26,574 nt of DNA from a virus. Its lineage: Duplodnaviria; Caudoviricetes. Positions 17,143 through 25,258 of the stretch are shown here, piece by piece; the first letter of the stretch is position 1, and every line of letters begins with the position of its first letter. Position numbers and translations under genes: made by a program. The stretch lies in IMG/VR virus record IMGVR_UViG_3300017780_002913, positions 1 to 26,574 of that record. One strand, written 5' to 3'. A model generated the notes under the pieces. The model did no database searches and had not been told where the DNA came from. It saw only the letters and a list, made by a program, of their open reading frames with translations.

Positions 17143-20100
17143 ATGAACAGCTACTACAATCACTCAGCCTACCCTGCGCCCAACGCGCCAGGCTCTTCTG
17201 CTGCGCTGCGTGCGGAGCTGGACCTCGTCACTGCAGGCTTTACGAAGCTGCCAACCCTGGCTGGAAACGGTTACAAGGTGGCGATGGTCAACGCGGCTGG
17301 TGATGCGCTGATTGCCTCATCGGCGTTGCAGGCGCTTGCAATTACGGCGTCTACACTGGACAGCACCCCGATCGGCGCGACTGCTCGAGCAGCTGGCAAT
17401 TTCACCACCCTGTCTGCGACAGGCGCAGTGACCCTTGGATCCGCTGTGACGATCGCTGGCGGCACAATCAACGGCACGACTATTGGCGGCACCACGCCTG
17501 CGGCTGGTGCGTTTACCACGCTTTCTGCGACCTCCGGCATTACTGCCACCCTGACAGGCAACGTCACAGGCAACGTCACTGGCAACGTGACCGGAGACGT
17601 AACTGGCAACCTGACCGGAAACGTGACCGCCAACAGCGGCACCAGCACGTTCAGCGGTGTGACCATCACCGGCACGCTGGACATGAACTCCGGCACAGCT
17701 GGGACGATTACCGGCCTGTCTACGCCCACGAACGCAAGCGACGCTGCAACCAAAAGCTATGTTGATACGCAGACTGCACTTCGTTTGGCACTCACCGGCG
17801 GCACGATGTCCGGCGCCATTGTCATGGGAACCAACAAAATCACCGGCCTAGGAACGCCGACAGCAGATGCAGATGCTGCGACAAAGGCGTATGTGGACGG
17901 TGTTGCGCAAGGCTTGGATGTCAAAGGCAGCGTAAAGGTTGCCACCACTGCCAACATCACGCTTTCTGGTACGCAGACAATCGATGGCGTGGCAGTCATT
18001 GCAGGCGACAGGGTGCTGGTCAAAAACCAGTCAACCGCATCTGGAAACGGGATCTACGTTGTGGCGGCCGGTAGCTGGAGCCGCTCAACCGACGCGGATG
18101 CATGGACCGAGCTGCCTGGCGCGTTCGTGTTTGTGGAGCAAGGCACGGTCAACGACAACTCTGGTTGGGTCTGCACGGTTTCTGCAGGCGGCACGCTTGG
18201 CACGACGTCCATCACGTTCGATCAGTTCTCTGGGGCCGGTCAGATTACCGCTGGCGCCGGCCTGACGAAGTCTGGCAACACGCTGGACGTTGGCACCGCA
18301 TCGAGTTCACGCATCGTCGTCAACGCAGACAACATTGACCTTGCCACAACAGGCGTGTCTGCTGCGACTTATCGCTCCGTGACCGTGGACGTGTATGGCC
18401 GGGTAACGGCTGGCACAAACCCGACAACGATTTCTGGCTACGGGATCACTGACGCGTACACGAAGACCGAGATCAACACCACGGTCGGCACTCTGCTGGC
18501 AAAAGCTGGCGGCACAATGACTGGCCAGATCAACATGGGCTCACAGAAGATCGTGAGCATGGCAGATCCCACCAGCGCCCAGGATGCAACTACCAAGGCT
18601 TATGTCGACTCAATCCTCGGCTCGGCCACCAGTGCGGCCGCCTCTGCAGCTGCTGCGGCGATTAGCGAGACCAACGCTGGCAACAGCGCAACAAGCGCTT
18701 CTGGTTCGGCAAGTGCTGCACTGGCGAGTGCTAATGCTGCTGCGGCATCCTACGACTCCTTCGATGATCGCTACTTGGGTGCAAAGGCAAGCAACCCGAC
18801 GGTAGACAATGATGGAAATGCATTGCTGACAGGCGCCCTGTATTTCAACAGCACTGCCGGTGAAATGCGCGCCTACAACGGATCGGCATGGGTGGCGGCC
18901 TACCTGCCTGGCGCTGCTTACGCTCTGATCGCGTCAACCAACACGTTCACTGCCAATCAGGTTGTTAGCGTTACCGACAACACCAATGCAGCTCTGCACG
19001 TCACGCAAGCGGGTACGGGTAATGCGCTGCTGGTTGAGGACTCTGGGAACCCGGACAACACGCCTTTTGTAATTGATTCTGCAGGGCGGGTGCTTGTCGG
19101 ACACACTTCCTCGGTTACGGCTGCCTCACTTCAAACCCCATACATTCAAATTTATGGAACCGTACAAAATGGGATTGCTGGTGGCGTCTTCGGTTCATAC
19201 AACTACCGCGCAGATACAAGTAGCGGCGGACTTTCTTGCAACAAGAGTCGTGCAACAACGCCCGGAACTAATGCTGTAGTTTTAAGTGGGGATAGTCTAG
19301 GTATTATGCGTTTTTCAGGGGATGATGGTACTGCCTTCATTTCAGCAGCCTCCATTTCTGTGGAAGTAGACGGCACCCCCGGCACCAACAGCATGCCCGG
19401 ACGCCTGATCTTCGGTACGTCTCCGGCAGGTACGGGTGCGTCATTGGAACGTATGCGTATCACCAGCGACGGACGTGTTGCAATCGGCTCTTCTGGTAAC
19501 GTCGGCACTACCTTAGCGCTTGGAAAATCAATCACTGGTTCAACTACTGCGGCAGGTACGATTCTTAACGGGGTCATTCAATCAGACGTTACTGGGGCCT
19601 TTCACGGGTACAGGTCATCTCCAGCTACACAGGCAGCTGCGTTTACGCTAACTGAGCTGAATCATTTTTCTGTTTTTCCGCAGACGTATGGCGCTGGCTC
19701 AACGATAACCAACCAATACGGGTTTAATGTTGCCAGTACCCTCACAGGCGCGACGAACAACTACGGCTTCTACTCCAACATCGCCTCCGGCACAGGACGT
19801 TGGAACTTCTACGCCAACGGCTCGGCGGCCAACTTCTTTGGTGGCAGCACAACTATTAGCATTAACAACCCCACTGACGCAGCTCTGCGCGTCACGCAGG
19901 CTGGCGGGGGCAAGGCGCTACACATTACGCAGACTGGTGCTGGCGATGCGCTGCTGGTGGAGGATTCTGGGAACCCGGACAGCACGCCGTTTGTGATCGA
20001 TTTCTCTGGCAGAGTTATCAATGGAGGGACGCTTGCCCGGTCTTACTACCTACCAGCGTTTGCGAATAACTACACCCCCAACACTCAAATACTGGGCGGC

Positions 20101-21723
20101 GACTTCTCTTCTTCTTGGATGTCACTTGCCCAGTGGAGCACTTCCACATCCACCTCTGGGGGGGCTTTCTTGTCTCTCAACAAGAGTAATGGCGTTGAGG
20201 GCACGCATACCATCGTCAACTCTGGACAGCGGGTTGGTGGTATGGGTTTTGGCGGGAGCGATGGGGTTAAGTTTTTAGGGGTTGCAGATATCTACGGGGA
20301 AGTAGACGGCACTCCCGGCGTTGACAACATGCCCGGACGGTTGGTATTTGCAACTACGACAGGTGGGGTGAATACGACTGAAAAGATGCGCCTTAACAGC
20401 GCGGGCGCGCTGGGTCTTGGGACCGCTTCACTAACAGGCTACAACTTAAACATCGGTAAGAATATTACCGGCGCAACAACATCTTTTGGTGTGAGATCGG
20501 GCGGGGTAGTGCAGAGTGACGTAACAGGCACTGCGCAATACTTTTATGCGTCACCTTCAACAGCCGCGAGTGCGTTCAGTTTGGGGGGTCTTTATGCATA
20601 TCGTGCAGCCGGTGGCACTATTGGCGCGGGTTCGACTGTCGCCGCTCAAATCGGTTTTGGCGTTGATTCAAGTTTGATCGGGGCCACCAACAACTACGGC
20701 TTTTACAGCAACCTTGCTTCCGGTACTGGGCGTTGGAACTTCTACGCCGATGGCACTGCTGCCAACTATTTTGCTGGTGAAACTCAATTCGCAAATAACC
20801 TCGCATTCCAAGGGACCGGCAACCGGATTACTGGCGACTTCAGCAACGCGACGGTGGCCAATCGTGTGATGTTCCAAAGCAGCACGACTAACGGCGTGAC
20901 GATCCTGCCCACGCTCCCCAATGGCACGGCAACGCAGTCTGTGTTCCGCGCCTACAACAACAGCACACCGACGAACGCCTCGTACATCGACCTGACGATT
21001 GATGCGTCATCCGCTCAAATCAATTCCAACAGGGAAGGCAGCGGCACATTCCTGCCGTTGGTTTTTGGCGTCAACAATAGCGAACGGATGCGGATTAATA
21101 CGTCCGGCAACGTGGGCATCGGGACGAGTTCGCCTGGAGCGAAGCTGGATGTCGTTGGCCTTTTGCGCACTGGCGGCAATGCTACATACGCTGGCGATAT
21201 TGTCATTCAGCAGGAAGGAAACACTTCGACATCAATCGGAGGTCTCGAGTTTAAGGCAGACGCTGGGGGGAATGGCTATGGAGCTCGCATCAAAACTGTG
21301 TTCGACGGTGCCTCTGCATATGATCTTGGTTTCCAATTGCGAACAAACTCTGCGACTTGGACGACTCAAATGTTGCTTAAGTCGAACGGTAACTGGGAAC
21401 TCACCGGCGATGCTTATGCGGTGAATTTCTTCAACACCTCCGACCGAACCAAGAAGACCAACATCGCCACAATCGCGGGCGCGCTCGATAAAGTGCACTC
21501 ACTGCGCGGCGTGACGTTTAACTGGATTGCTGACGGCAAAGCTTCTACCGGTTTGATCGCTCAAGATGTTGAGCAGGTCATGCCGCAAGCTGTGGATGGC
21601 AAAGAAGGCAGCAAGTCTGTCAACTACGGAAGCCTTATTGGCTTGCTCGTTGAGGCCGTCAAAGAGCAGCAAGTCACTATTAACCAACTTCTCGCCCGCG
21701 TGGCGCAACTCGAATCTAAATGA
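17143..21723 (+). CDS. Tail fibre protein with C-terminal intramolecular chaperone (peptidase S74) (1526 aa)
   Basis: DA(A/T)TKxYVD x3, GNVT repeats, GDRVLVKNQ domain, ERMRI/GNVGIGTSSP repeats, SDRTKKTNI cleavage motif at 21439, GLIAQDV, terminal coiled coil. Confidence 0.92.
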   Translation: MNSYYNHSAYPAPNAPGSSAALRAELDLVTAGFTKLPTLAGNGYKVAMVNAAGDALIASSALQALAITASTLDSTPIGATARAAGNFTTLSATGAVTLGSAVTIAGGTINGTTIGGTTPAAGAFTTLSATSGITATLTGNVTGNVTGNVTGDVTGNLTGNVTANSGTSTFSGVTITGTLDMNSGTAGTITGLSTPTNASDAATKSYVDTQTALRLALTGGTMSGAIVMGTNKITGLGTPTADADAATKAYVDGVAQGLDVKGSVKVATTANITLSGTQTIDGVAVIAGDRVLVKNQSTASGNGIYVVAAGSWSRSTDADAWTELPGAFVFVEQGTVNDNSGWVCTVSAGGTLGTTSITFDQFSGAGQITAGAGLTKSGNTLDVGTASSSRIVVNADNIDLATTGVSAATYRSVTVDVYGRVTAGTNPTTISGYGITDAYTKTEINTTVGTLLAKAGGTMTGQINMGSQKIVSMADPTSAQDATTKAYVDSILGSATSAAASAAAAAISETNAGNSATSASGSASAALASANAAAASYDSFDDRYLGAKASNPTVDNDGNALLTGALYFNSTAGEMRAYNGSAWVAAYLPGAAYALIASTNTFTANQVVSVTDNTNAALHVTQAGTGNALLVEDSGNPDNTPFVIDSAGRVLVGHTSSVTAASLQTPYIQIYGTVQNGIAGGVFGSYNYRADTSSGGLSCNKSRATTPGTNAVVLSGDSLGIMRFSGDDGTAFISAASISVEVDGTPGTNSMPGRLIFGTSPAGTGASLERMRITSDGRVAIGSSGNVGTTLALGKSITGSTTAAGTILNGVIQSDVTGAFHGYRSSPATQAAAFTLTELNHFSVFPQTYGAGSTITNQYGFNVASTLTGATNNYGFYSNIASGTGRWNFYANGSAANFFGGSTTISINNPTDAALRVTQAGGGKALHITQTGAGDALLVEDSGNPDSTPFVIDFSGRVINGGTLARSYYLPAFANNYTPNTQILGGDFSSSWMSLAQWSTSTSTSGGAFLSLNKSNGVEGTHTIVNSGQRVGGMGFGGSDGVKFLGVADIYGEVDGTPGVDNMPGRLVFATTTGGVNTTEKMRLNSAGALGLGTASLTGYNLNIGKNITGATTSFGVRSGGVVQSDVTGTAQYFYASPSTAASAFSLGGLYAYRAAGGTIGAGSTVAAQIGFGVDSSLIGATNNYGFYSNLASGTGRWNFYADGTAANYFAGETQFANNLAFQGTGNRITGDFSNATVANRVMFQSSTTNGVTILPTLPNGTATQSVFRAYNNSTPTNASYIDLTIDASSAQINSNREGSGTFLPLVFGVNNSERMRINTSGNVGIGTSSPGAKLDVVGLLRTGGNATYAGDIVIQQEGNTSTSIGGLEFKADAGGNGYGARIKTVFDGASAYDLGFQLRTNSATWTTQMLLKSNGNWELTGDAYAVNFFNTSDRTKKTNIATIAGALDKVHSLRGVTFNWIADGKASTGLIAQDVEQVMPQAVDGKEGSKSVNYGSLIGLLVEAVKEQQVTINQLLARVAQLESK
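17557..17628 (+). repeat. Six 12-nt repeats encoding G(N/D)(V/L)T
   Basis: GNVT GNVT GNVT GDVT GNLT GNVT. Confidence 0.9.
18973..20775 (+). repeat. Tandem duplication of a ~310-aa (~930-nt) module in the tail fibre
   Basis: Paired blocks at 19021/19945 (ALLVEDSGNPD), 19363/20299 (EVDGTPG...MPGRL) and 19747/20680 (GATNNYGFYSNxASGTGRWNFYA). Confidence 0.9.
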
Positions 21724-21734
21724 AAGGAAACATC

Positions 21735-22079
21735 ATGACCGCAACTTTTAACTGGACTATCTCCGCCCTTGATTGCGCCATCTCGGATGATGGCAAGCAT
21801 GATGTTGTTAAGACTGTTCATTGGCGCTGCGAAGGCGTCGAGGAAGTGGGCGACAAAACTTGTTCTGGCAGTGTCTATGGCACATGCAGCCTGCCATCTC
21901 CAGACGGAGAGTTCATCAATTACGTCGACCTAAAGAAAGACCAGGTGATTGGCTGGGTTTGGCAAGAATGCGTTGACAGAAACGCCACCGAATCTATCGT
22001 GCAGGCGCAAATCGATGCAACCAAAACACCAGCAATCGTGCAGCCTGCGTTGCCGTGGGAGTCTGAAGTATCACAATGA
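21735..22079 (+). CDS. Small protein following the tail fibre (114 aa), possible fibre assembly or accessory factor
   Basis: AAAGGA RBS before ATG 21735; WTI...VHW...LPW pattern; position. Confidence 0.7.
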   Translation: MTATFNWTISALDCAISDDGKHDVVKTVHWRCEGVEEVGDKTCSGSVYGTCSLPSPDGEFINYVDLKKDQVIGWVWQECVDRNATESIVQAQIDATKTPAIVQPALPWESEVSQ

Positions 22080-22083
22080 TGTA
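22069..22083. promoter_or_regulatory. 15-bp operator-like box upstream of the lysis cassette
   Basis: TATCACAATGATGTA, identical to 23612-23626. Confidence 0.7.
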
Positions 22084-22129
22084 GTGCTGTGCAAACCGGC
22101 GCAAGTTTGGCCATAGTAGGAGACCTAGA

Positions 22130-22157
22130 TTGACAGTATGCCTTTAGAAAATAGTTT
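22130..22157 (+). promoter_or_regulatory. Possible sigma70 promoter for the lysis genes
   Basis: TTGACA (22130-22135), 16-nt spacer, TAGTTT (22152-22157). Confidence 0.35.
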
Positions 22158-22167
22158 GGGATTTGAA

Positions 22168-22470
22168 ATGGCCGAAAGATTATCAAGACCGTCGTTGATG
22201 GATGGCGCGCACATTGACAGGCGATTCGATGAAGTAATGACTGAGCTGAAAAAAATCAATGGTGCGTTTGCCATCGGCGATGACGGCAATACCGACTTTG
22301 ATGGCCATCGTCGATACCATCAAGAGAAGCTGCGAGCGGCAAAAGCAGAAGCAGAGTTTTGGTCTCAGTTGAAGCTTGAGATTGCAAAGAAGGGTTTGTG
22401 GTCTTTGCTGGTCATTGGCTTTGGATTGATGGCTATTGGGATGGCCACACACTTGGGGTTTACCAGATGA
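22168..22470 (+). CDS. Membrane protein with a C-terminal TM helix, lysis-cassette associated (holin/antiholin-like, ~100 aa)
   Basis: Soluble N-domain (DFDGHRRYH), coiled coil, hydrophobic GLWSLLVIGFGLMAIGMA. Start uncertain (22138 or 22168). Confidence 0.6.
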   Translation: MAERLSRPSLMDGAHIDRRFDEVMTELKKINGAFAIGDDGNTDFDGHRRYHQEKLRAAKAEAEFWSQLKLEIAKKGLWSLLVIGFGLMAIGMATHLGFTR

Positions 22471-22670
22471 AGCTATACGAAAACTGGAAGACGATCGCCA
22501 CAAAAGCATGGAGCGCAAGACTAATGGCGCTCGCGTTCCTGCTTACGATGGCCGAGGCGATGCTGCCATTCTTTGATGATGTATTCCCGCGCCGCGTGTT
22601 TGCGACATTGTCTGGCTTGGCAGTGGCTGGCGCGTTTATGGCGCGACTAATCGCGCAGCGTGACGTATGA
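22467..22670 (+). CDS. Putative holin/pinholin, 2 TM (67 aa)
   Basis: MKLYENWK...WS pattern, two hydrophobic helices, ATGA overlaps, directly before the endolysin. Confidence 0.72.
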   Translation: MKLYENWKTIATKAWSARLMALAFLLTMAEAMLPFFDDVFPRRVFATLSGLAVAGAFMARLIAQRDV

Positions 22671-23146
22671 GAAATGCTCGAGTAGCGGTCGGATCCTTGG
22701 TGCTGGCTGCCTCCACACTGGTGAGCATTGCCGTGCATGAGCAGTACCAAGGCAATGCGTACTACGCCACTGCGGAAGAGAAGTCGCGCGGCATCACCAC
22801 GATCGGTTTTGGCACCACGAGCGGCGTCAAACCGGGCGACACGATTACGGTCGAGCGCGCGTTGGTACGACTGCTGGCAGATGCCAACAGGTTTGAGCAG
22901 GCGGTCAAGCGGTGCGCTCCAGTGCCGATGCACCAGTACGAGTTTGCGGCCCATGTCAGCCTGGCCTACAACATCGGAGAGGGCGCGTTCTGCCGGTCGA
23001 CCTTGGCCAAGAAGCTCAATGCGCAGGATTATGACGGCGCCTGCAAGGAGATCCTGAAATGGGACAAGCAGGCTGGCAAGGTGTTGCGCGGCTTGACCAT
23101 CCGCCGCCAGGCGGAATACAAGCAGTGCATTGGAGAAGCCAATTGA
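22667..23146 (+). CDS. SAR endolysin, GH24 (T4 lysozyme-like) muramidase (159 aa)
   Basis: Weakly hydrophobic N-terminal SAR segment, catalytic Glu (HEQY), TIGFGTT, SLAYNIG, STL and GLTIRRQAE motifs. Confidence 0.9.
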   Translation: MRNARVAVGSLVLAASTLVSIAVHEQYQGNAYYATAEEKSRGITTIGFGTTSGVKPGDTITVERALVRLLADANRFEQAVKRCAPVPMHQYEFAAHVSLAYNIGEGAFCRSTLAKKLNAQDYDGACKEILKWDKQAGKVLRGLTIRRQAEYKQCIGEAN

Positions 23147-23610
23147 TGAACTACATCGTCGCCACCGCGCTTGGGGTTGTCTTGTCAGCCGCGGGAACGT
23201 GGCAGGTGCAGAACTGGCGGTGGAGCGCGCAGGTTGAAAAGATTGAGCGCCGTCATGCCGAGCTTATGCAGCACGCAGAAGCAGACGCTCGGGCGAAAGA
23301 AAAGGAAATGCAGGCCAATGCAGAAAGGATCGCTTATGAATCAGAAAACAAAACGACTCAGCTGGTCGTTCAGTCTGCTGCTGCCAGCCGTGCTGCTAAT
23401 GGGCTGCGCAACGAAATCGCAAGACTCAACGCCAGGCCAGCCCCCGCATGTCCCGAAGCTGCCGCCATCGCTGTTGAAGCCAGCACCGCCCGCGACGTTC
23501 TCGGAGAGTGCTCAGAAAAATATAGAGCAGTGGCGTCAGAGGCTGACAGACTCAGCGCCCAAGTGACTGGCTTGCAAGATTACGCAACTAGCGTTTGTCA
23601 AGCAAAATGA
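23146..23610 (+). CDS. Rz: Rz-like inner-membrane spanin (154 aa)
   Basis: TGATG overlap with the endolysin; N-terminal TM, WQVQNWR, long coiled coil, C-terminal GLQDY...C. Confidence 0.85.
   Translation: MNYIVATALGVVLSAAGTWQVQNWRWSAQVEKIERRHAELMQHAEADARAKEKEMQANAERIAYESENKTTQLVVQSAAASRAANGLRNEIARLNARPAPACPEAAAIAVEASTARDVLGECSEKYRAVASEADRLSAQVTGLQDYATSVCQAK
23336..23566 (+). CDS. Rz1: Rz1-like outer-membrane lipoprotein spanin, fully embedded in Rz in the +1 frame (76 aa)
   Basis: AAAGGA RBS; signal peptide with lipobox LMG-C; Pro-rich mature region. Confidence 0.85.
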   Translation: MNQKTKRLSWSFSLLLPAVLLMGCATKSQDSTPGQPPHVPKLPPSLLKPAPPATFSESAQKNIEQWRQRLTDSAPK

Positions 23611-23611
23611 C

Positions 23612-23640
23612 TATCACAATGATGTATGTTGGAATAGAAT
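23612..23640 (+). promoter_or_regulatory. 15-bp box (23612-23626) plus a -10-like TAGAAT (23635-23640) upstream of the ejection module
   Basis: TATCACAATGATGTA; its first hexamer sits 17 nt before TAGAAT, in the -35 position. Confidence 0.65.
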
Positions 23641-23717
23641 AGAACCGCGAGAAGTCCGCCCAATTGGCGGCTTATCCAGCTTGTCTATTGGCAGGCAATT
23701 TTGTTGAAAGGCCAGAC

Positions 23718-24824
23718 ATGGCTACGACTGTACAAAATCCATTTGACACTCAGCAGGGATCTGCCGCAAACCAGCCCACTCCCGCTGGGCTTGTCGCGTC
23801 CAGCCTGCCGGCGCAAAACACGGTGACCACGTACTCCCCGCAGACGCGCCAAGTCAATCAGCCAACTGAAACTGTTCAGGGGCAAGTCACCAGCATCCTG
23901 GCCAAAGACAGCCCGCTCATGCAGCGCGCACGAACGATTGCTGCTCAGGGAATGGCCCAACGTGGGCTGGTCAACAGCTCAATGGCGCAAGGCGCTGGTG
24001 TGGCTGCCATGACTGATCGTGCGCTCCCGATGGCGCAACAGGACGCCAACACATACAGCAGCACTGCTGCGGAAAACATGAATGCCCAAAACCGCGCCGC
24101 CGAGTTTGGCGCGGGAGCCGCCAACCAGTTTGGCTTGCAGAGATCCGATCAAGCATTTACCGCCGGAGAGAACGCAGCAAATCGCGGCTTTACGACATCA
24201 GAGCGACTGGGATCGCAATCATTCACATCAAACCTTGAAACCGCAAAGCAGAACTTTGCAGCGTCTCAAGCTGACCTTGAGCGCGCACAGCAGATGGATA
24301 TTACGAAGCTTCAGCAGAACTTTGCTGCTTCGCAATCGCAGCTTGACCGTGCGCAACAAGCGTATTTGCAGGACAGGAGCGCAGAAAATCAAATGACTTT
24401 GCAGGCGGCTCAGCAAAACTTTGCCGGTTCGCAAGCTCAGCTTGACAGGGCGCAGCAAGCGTTCATACAAAAAGATCAGCAAGCGTTCCAAACGTCTATG
24501 ACGCAAATGCAGCAATCTTTTGCTGCCGCTCAATCAACGCTAGACAGGCAGCAGCAGGCGTATTTGCAGAAAGATGCGCAGGATTTTCAAAAGAACCTGA
24601 CGAACTCGCAGATCCCAACAAACTTTGCGCTTGCAATTAGCAACACGGCATCGAACAGCATCAATGCAATTGCAGCGGATCCAAACCTTAGCGGAACGGT
24701 CGACTCCTCTGGAACAAGCCCGAAGAGCAGAGCCATTCAAAGTGTGATCAATTACTCGAATTCGCAAATTGAGTGGGCCAATAAGTTTTATGGCACAACG
24801 ATTCCTGGATTGCCAACCGCATGA
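23718..24824 (+). CDS. Gln-rich putative DNA ejection/internal virion protein with hendecad repeats (368 aa)
   Basis: GAAAGG RBS before ATG 23718; Q/A/S/N-rich; strict 11-aa periodicity; position in podovirus gene order. Confidence 0.7.
   Translation: MATTVQNPFDTQQGSAANQPTPAGLVASSLPAQNTVTTYSPQTRQVNQPTETVQGQVTSILAKDSPLMQRARTIAAQGMAQRGLVNSSMAQGAGVAAMTDRALPMAQQDANTYSSTAAENMNAQNRAAEFGAGAANQFGLQRSDQAFTAGENAANRGFTTSERLGSQSFTSNLETAKQNFAASQADLERAQQMDITKLQQNFAASQSQLDRAQQAYLQDRSAENQMTLQAAQQNFAGSQAQLDRAQQAFIQKDQQAFQTSMTQMQQSFAAAQSTLDRQQQAYLQKDAQDFQKNLTNSQIPTNFALAISNTASNSINAIAADPNLSGTVDSSGTSPKSRAIQSVINYSNSQIEWANKFYGTTIPGLPTA
24150..24611 (+). repeat. 14 consecutive 11-aa (33-nt) repeats
   Basis: QAFTAGENAAN/RGFTTSERLGS/QSFTSNLETAK/QNFAASQADLE/RAQQMDITKLQ/QNFAASQSQLD/.../QDFQKNLTNSQ. 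Confidence 0.85.
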
Positions 24825-25258
24825 TCTTTAGAAAAGCCAACGTGAACGACATCGGCGCCATTGTCGATATAGCTATTGAGTCGGTATCACGTAATCCGCT
24901 GCCGGTTCGCATCGACCGCGAGGCGATGGCGGATACGGCAAGAGAGTGCCTTGGCCCTGCGCACTTTGCATGGGTGGCGGAAGATAAAGGAAAGGTCGTC
25001 GCCGCAATTGGCGCATGCGTGCAGCAAGGTTTTTGGTTTGAGCGACTGCAGTGCTCAGTGCTTTTGTACTACAGCCGTGTTCCTGGCGCCGGGCTGCCGC
25101 TGCTTCGAGAGTTCGTTCGTTGGGTGAAGAGCCGCCCAGCAATCAAGATGGCCATCATTGAACTGGAGCCTGAAGTTGATCCAAGGCTTGTTCGTTTTTT
25201 TAAACGGGTTGGTTTCTCTCGCGAGAGCTTGAACCTTACATACGTACGAGGTGCATAA
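24821..25258 (+). CDS. GNAT-fold acyltransferase-like protein (145 aa)
   Basis: N-terminal IFRKANVNDIGAIVDI, WVAEDKGKVVA, GAGLPLLREF and RFFKRVGF motifs; ATGA overlap. Confidence 0.7.
   Translation: MIFRKANVNDIGAIVDIAIESVSRNPLPVRIDREAMADTARECLGPAHFAWVAEDKGKVVAAIGACVQQGFWFERLQCSVLLYYSRVPGAGLPLLREFVRWVKSRPAIKMAIIELEPEVDPRLVRFFKRVGFSRESLNLTYVRGA

Noticed and set aside
17143-22079. Diversity-generating retroelement or invertible tail-fibre system
   Set aside because: No reverse transcriptase or invertase in the window; differences between repeat copies are not adenine-specific; no inverted crossover sites seen.
22069-22083. Box as a lambda CI/Cro operator
   Set aside because: Shares the TATCAC hexamer, but the lambda operator is 17 bp with a GC-rich centre; spacing and centre differ here.
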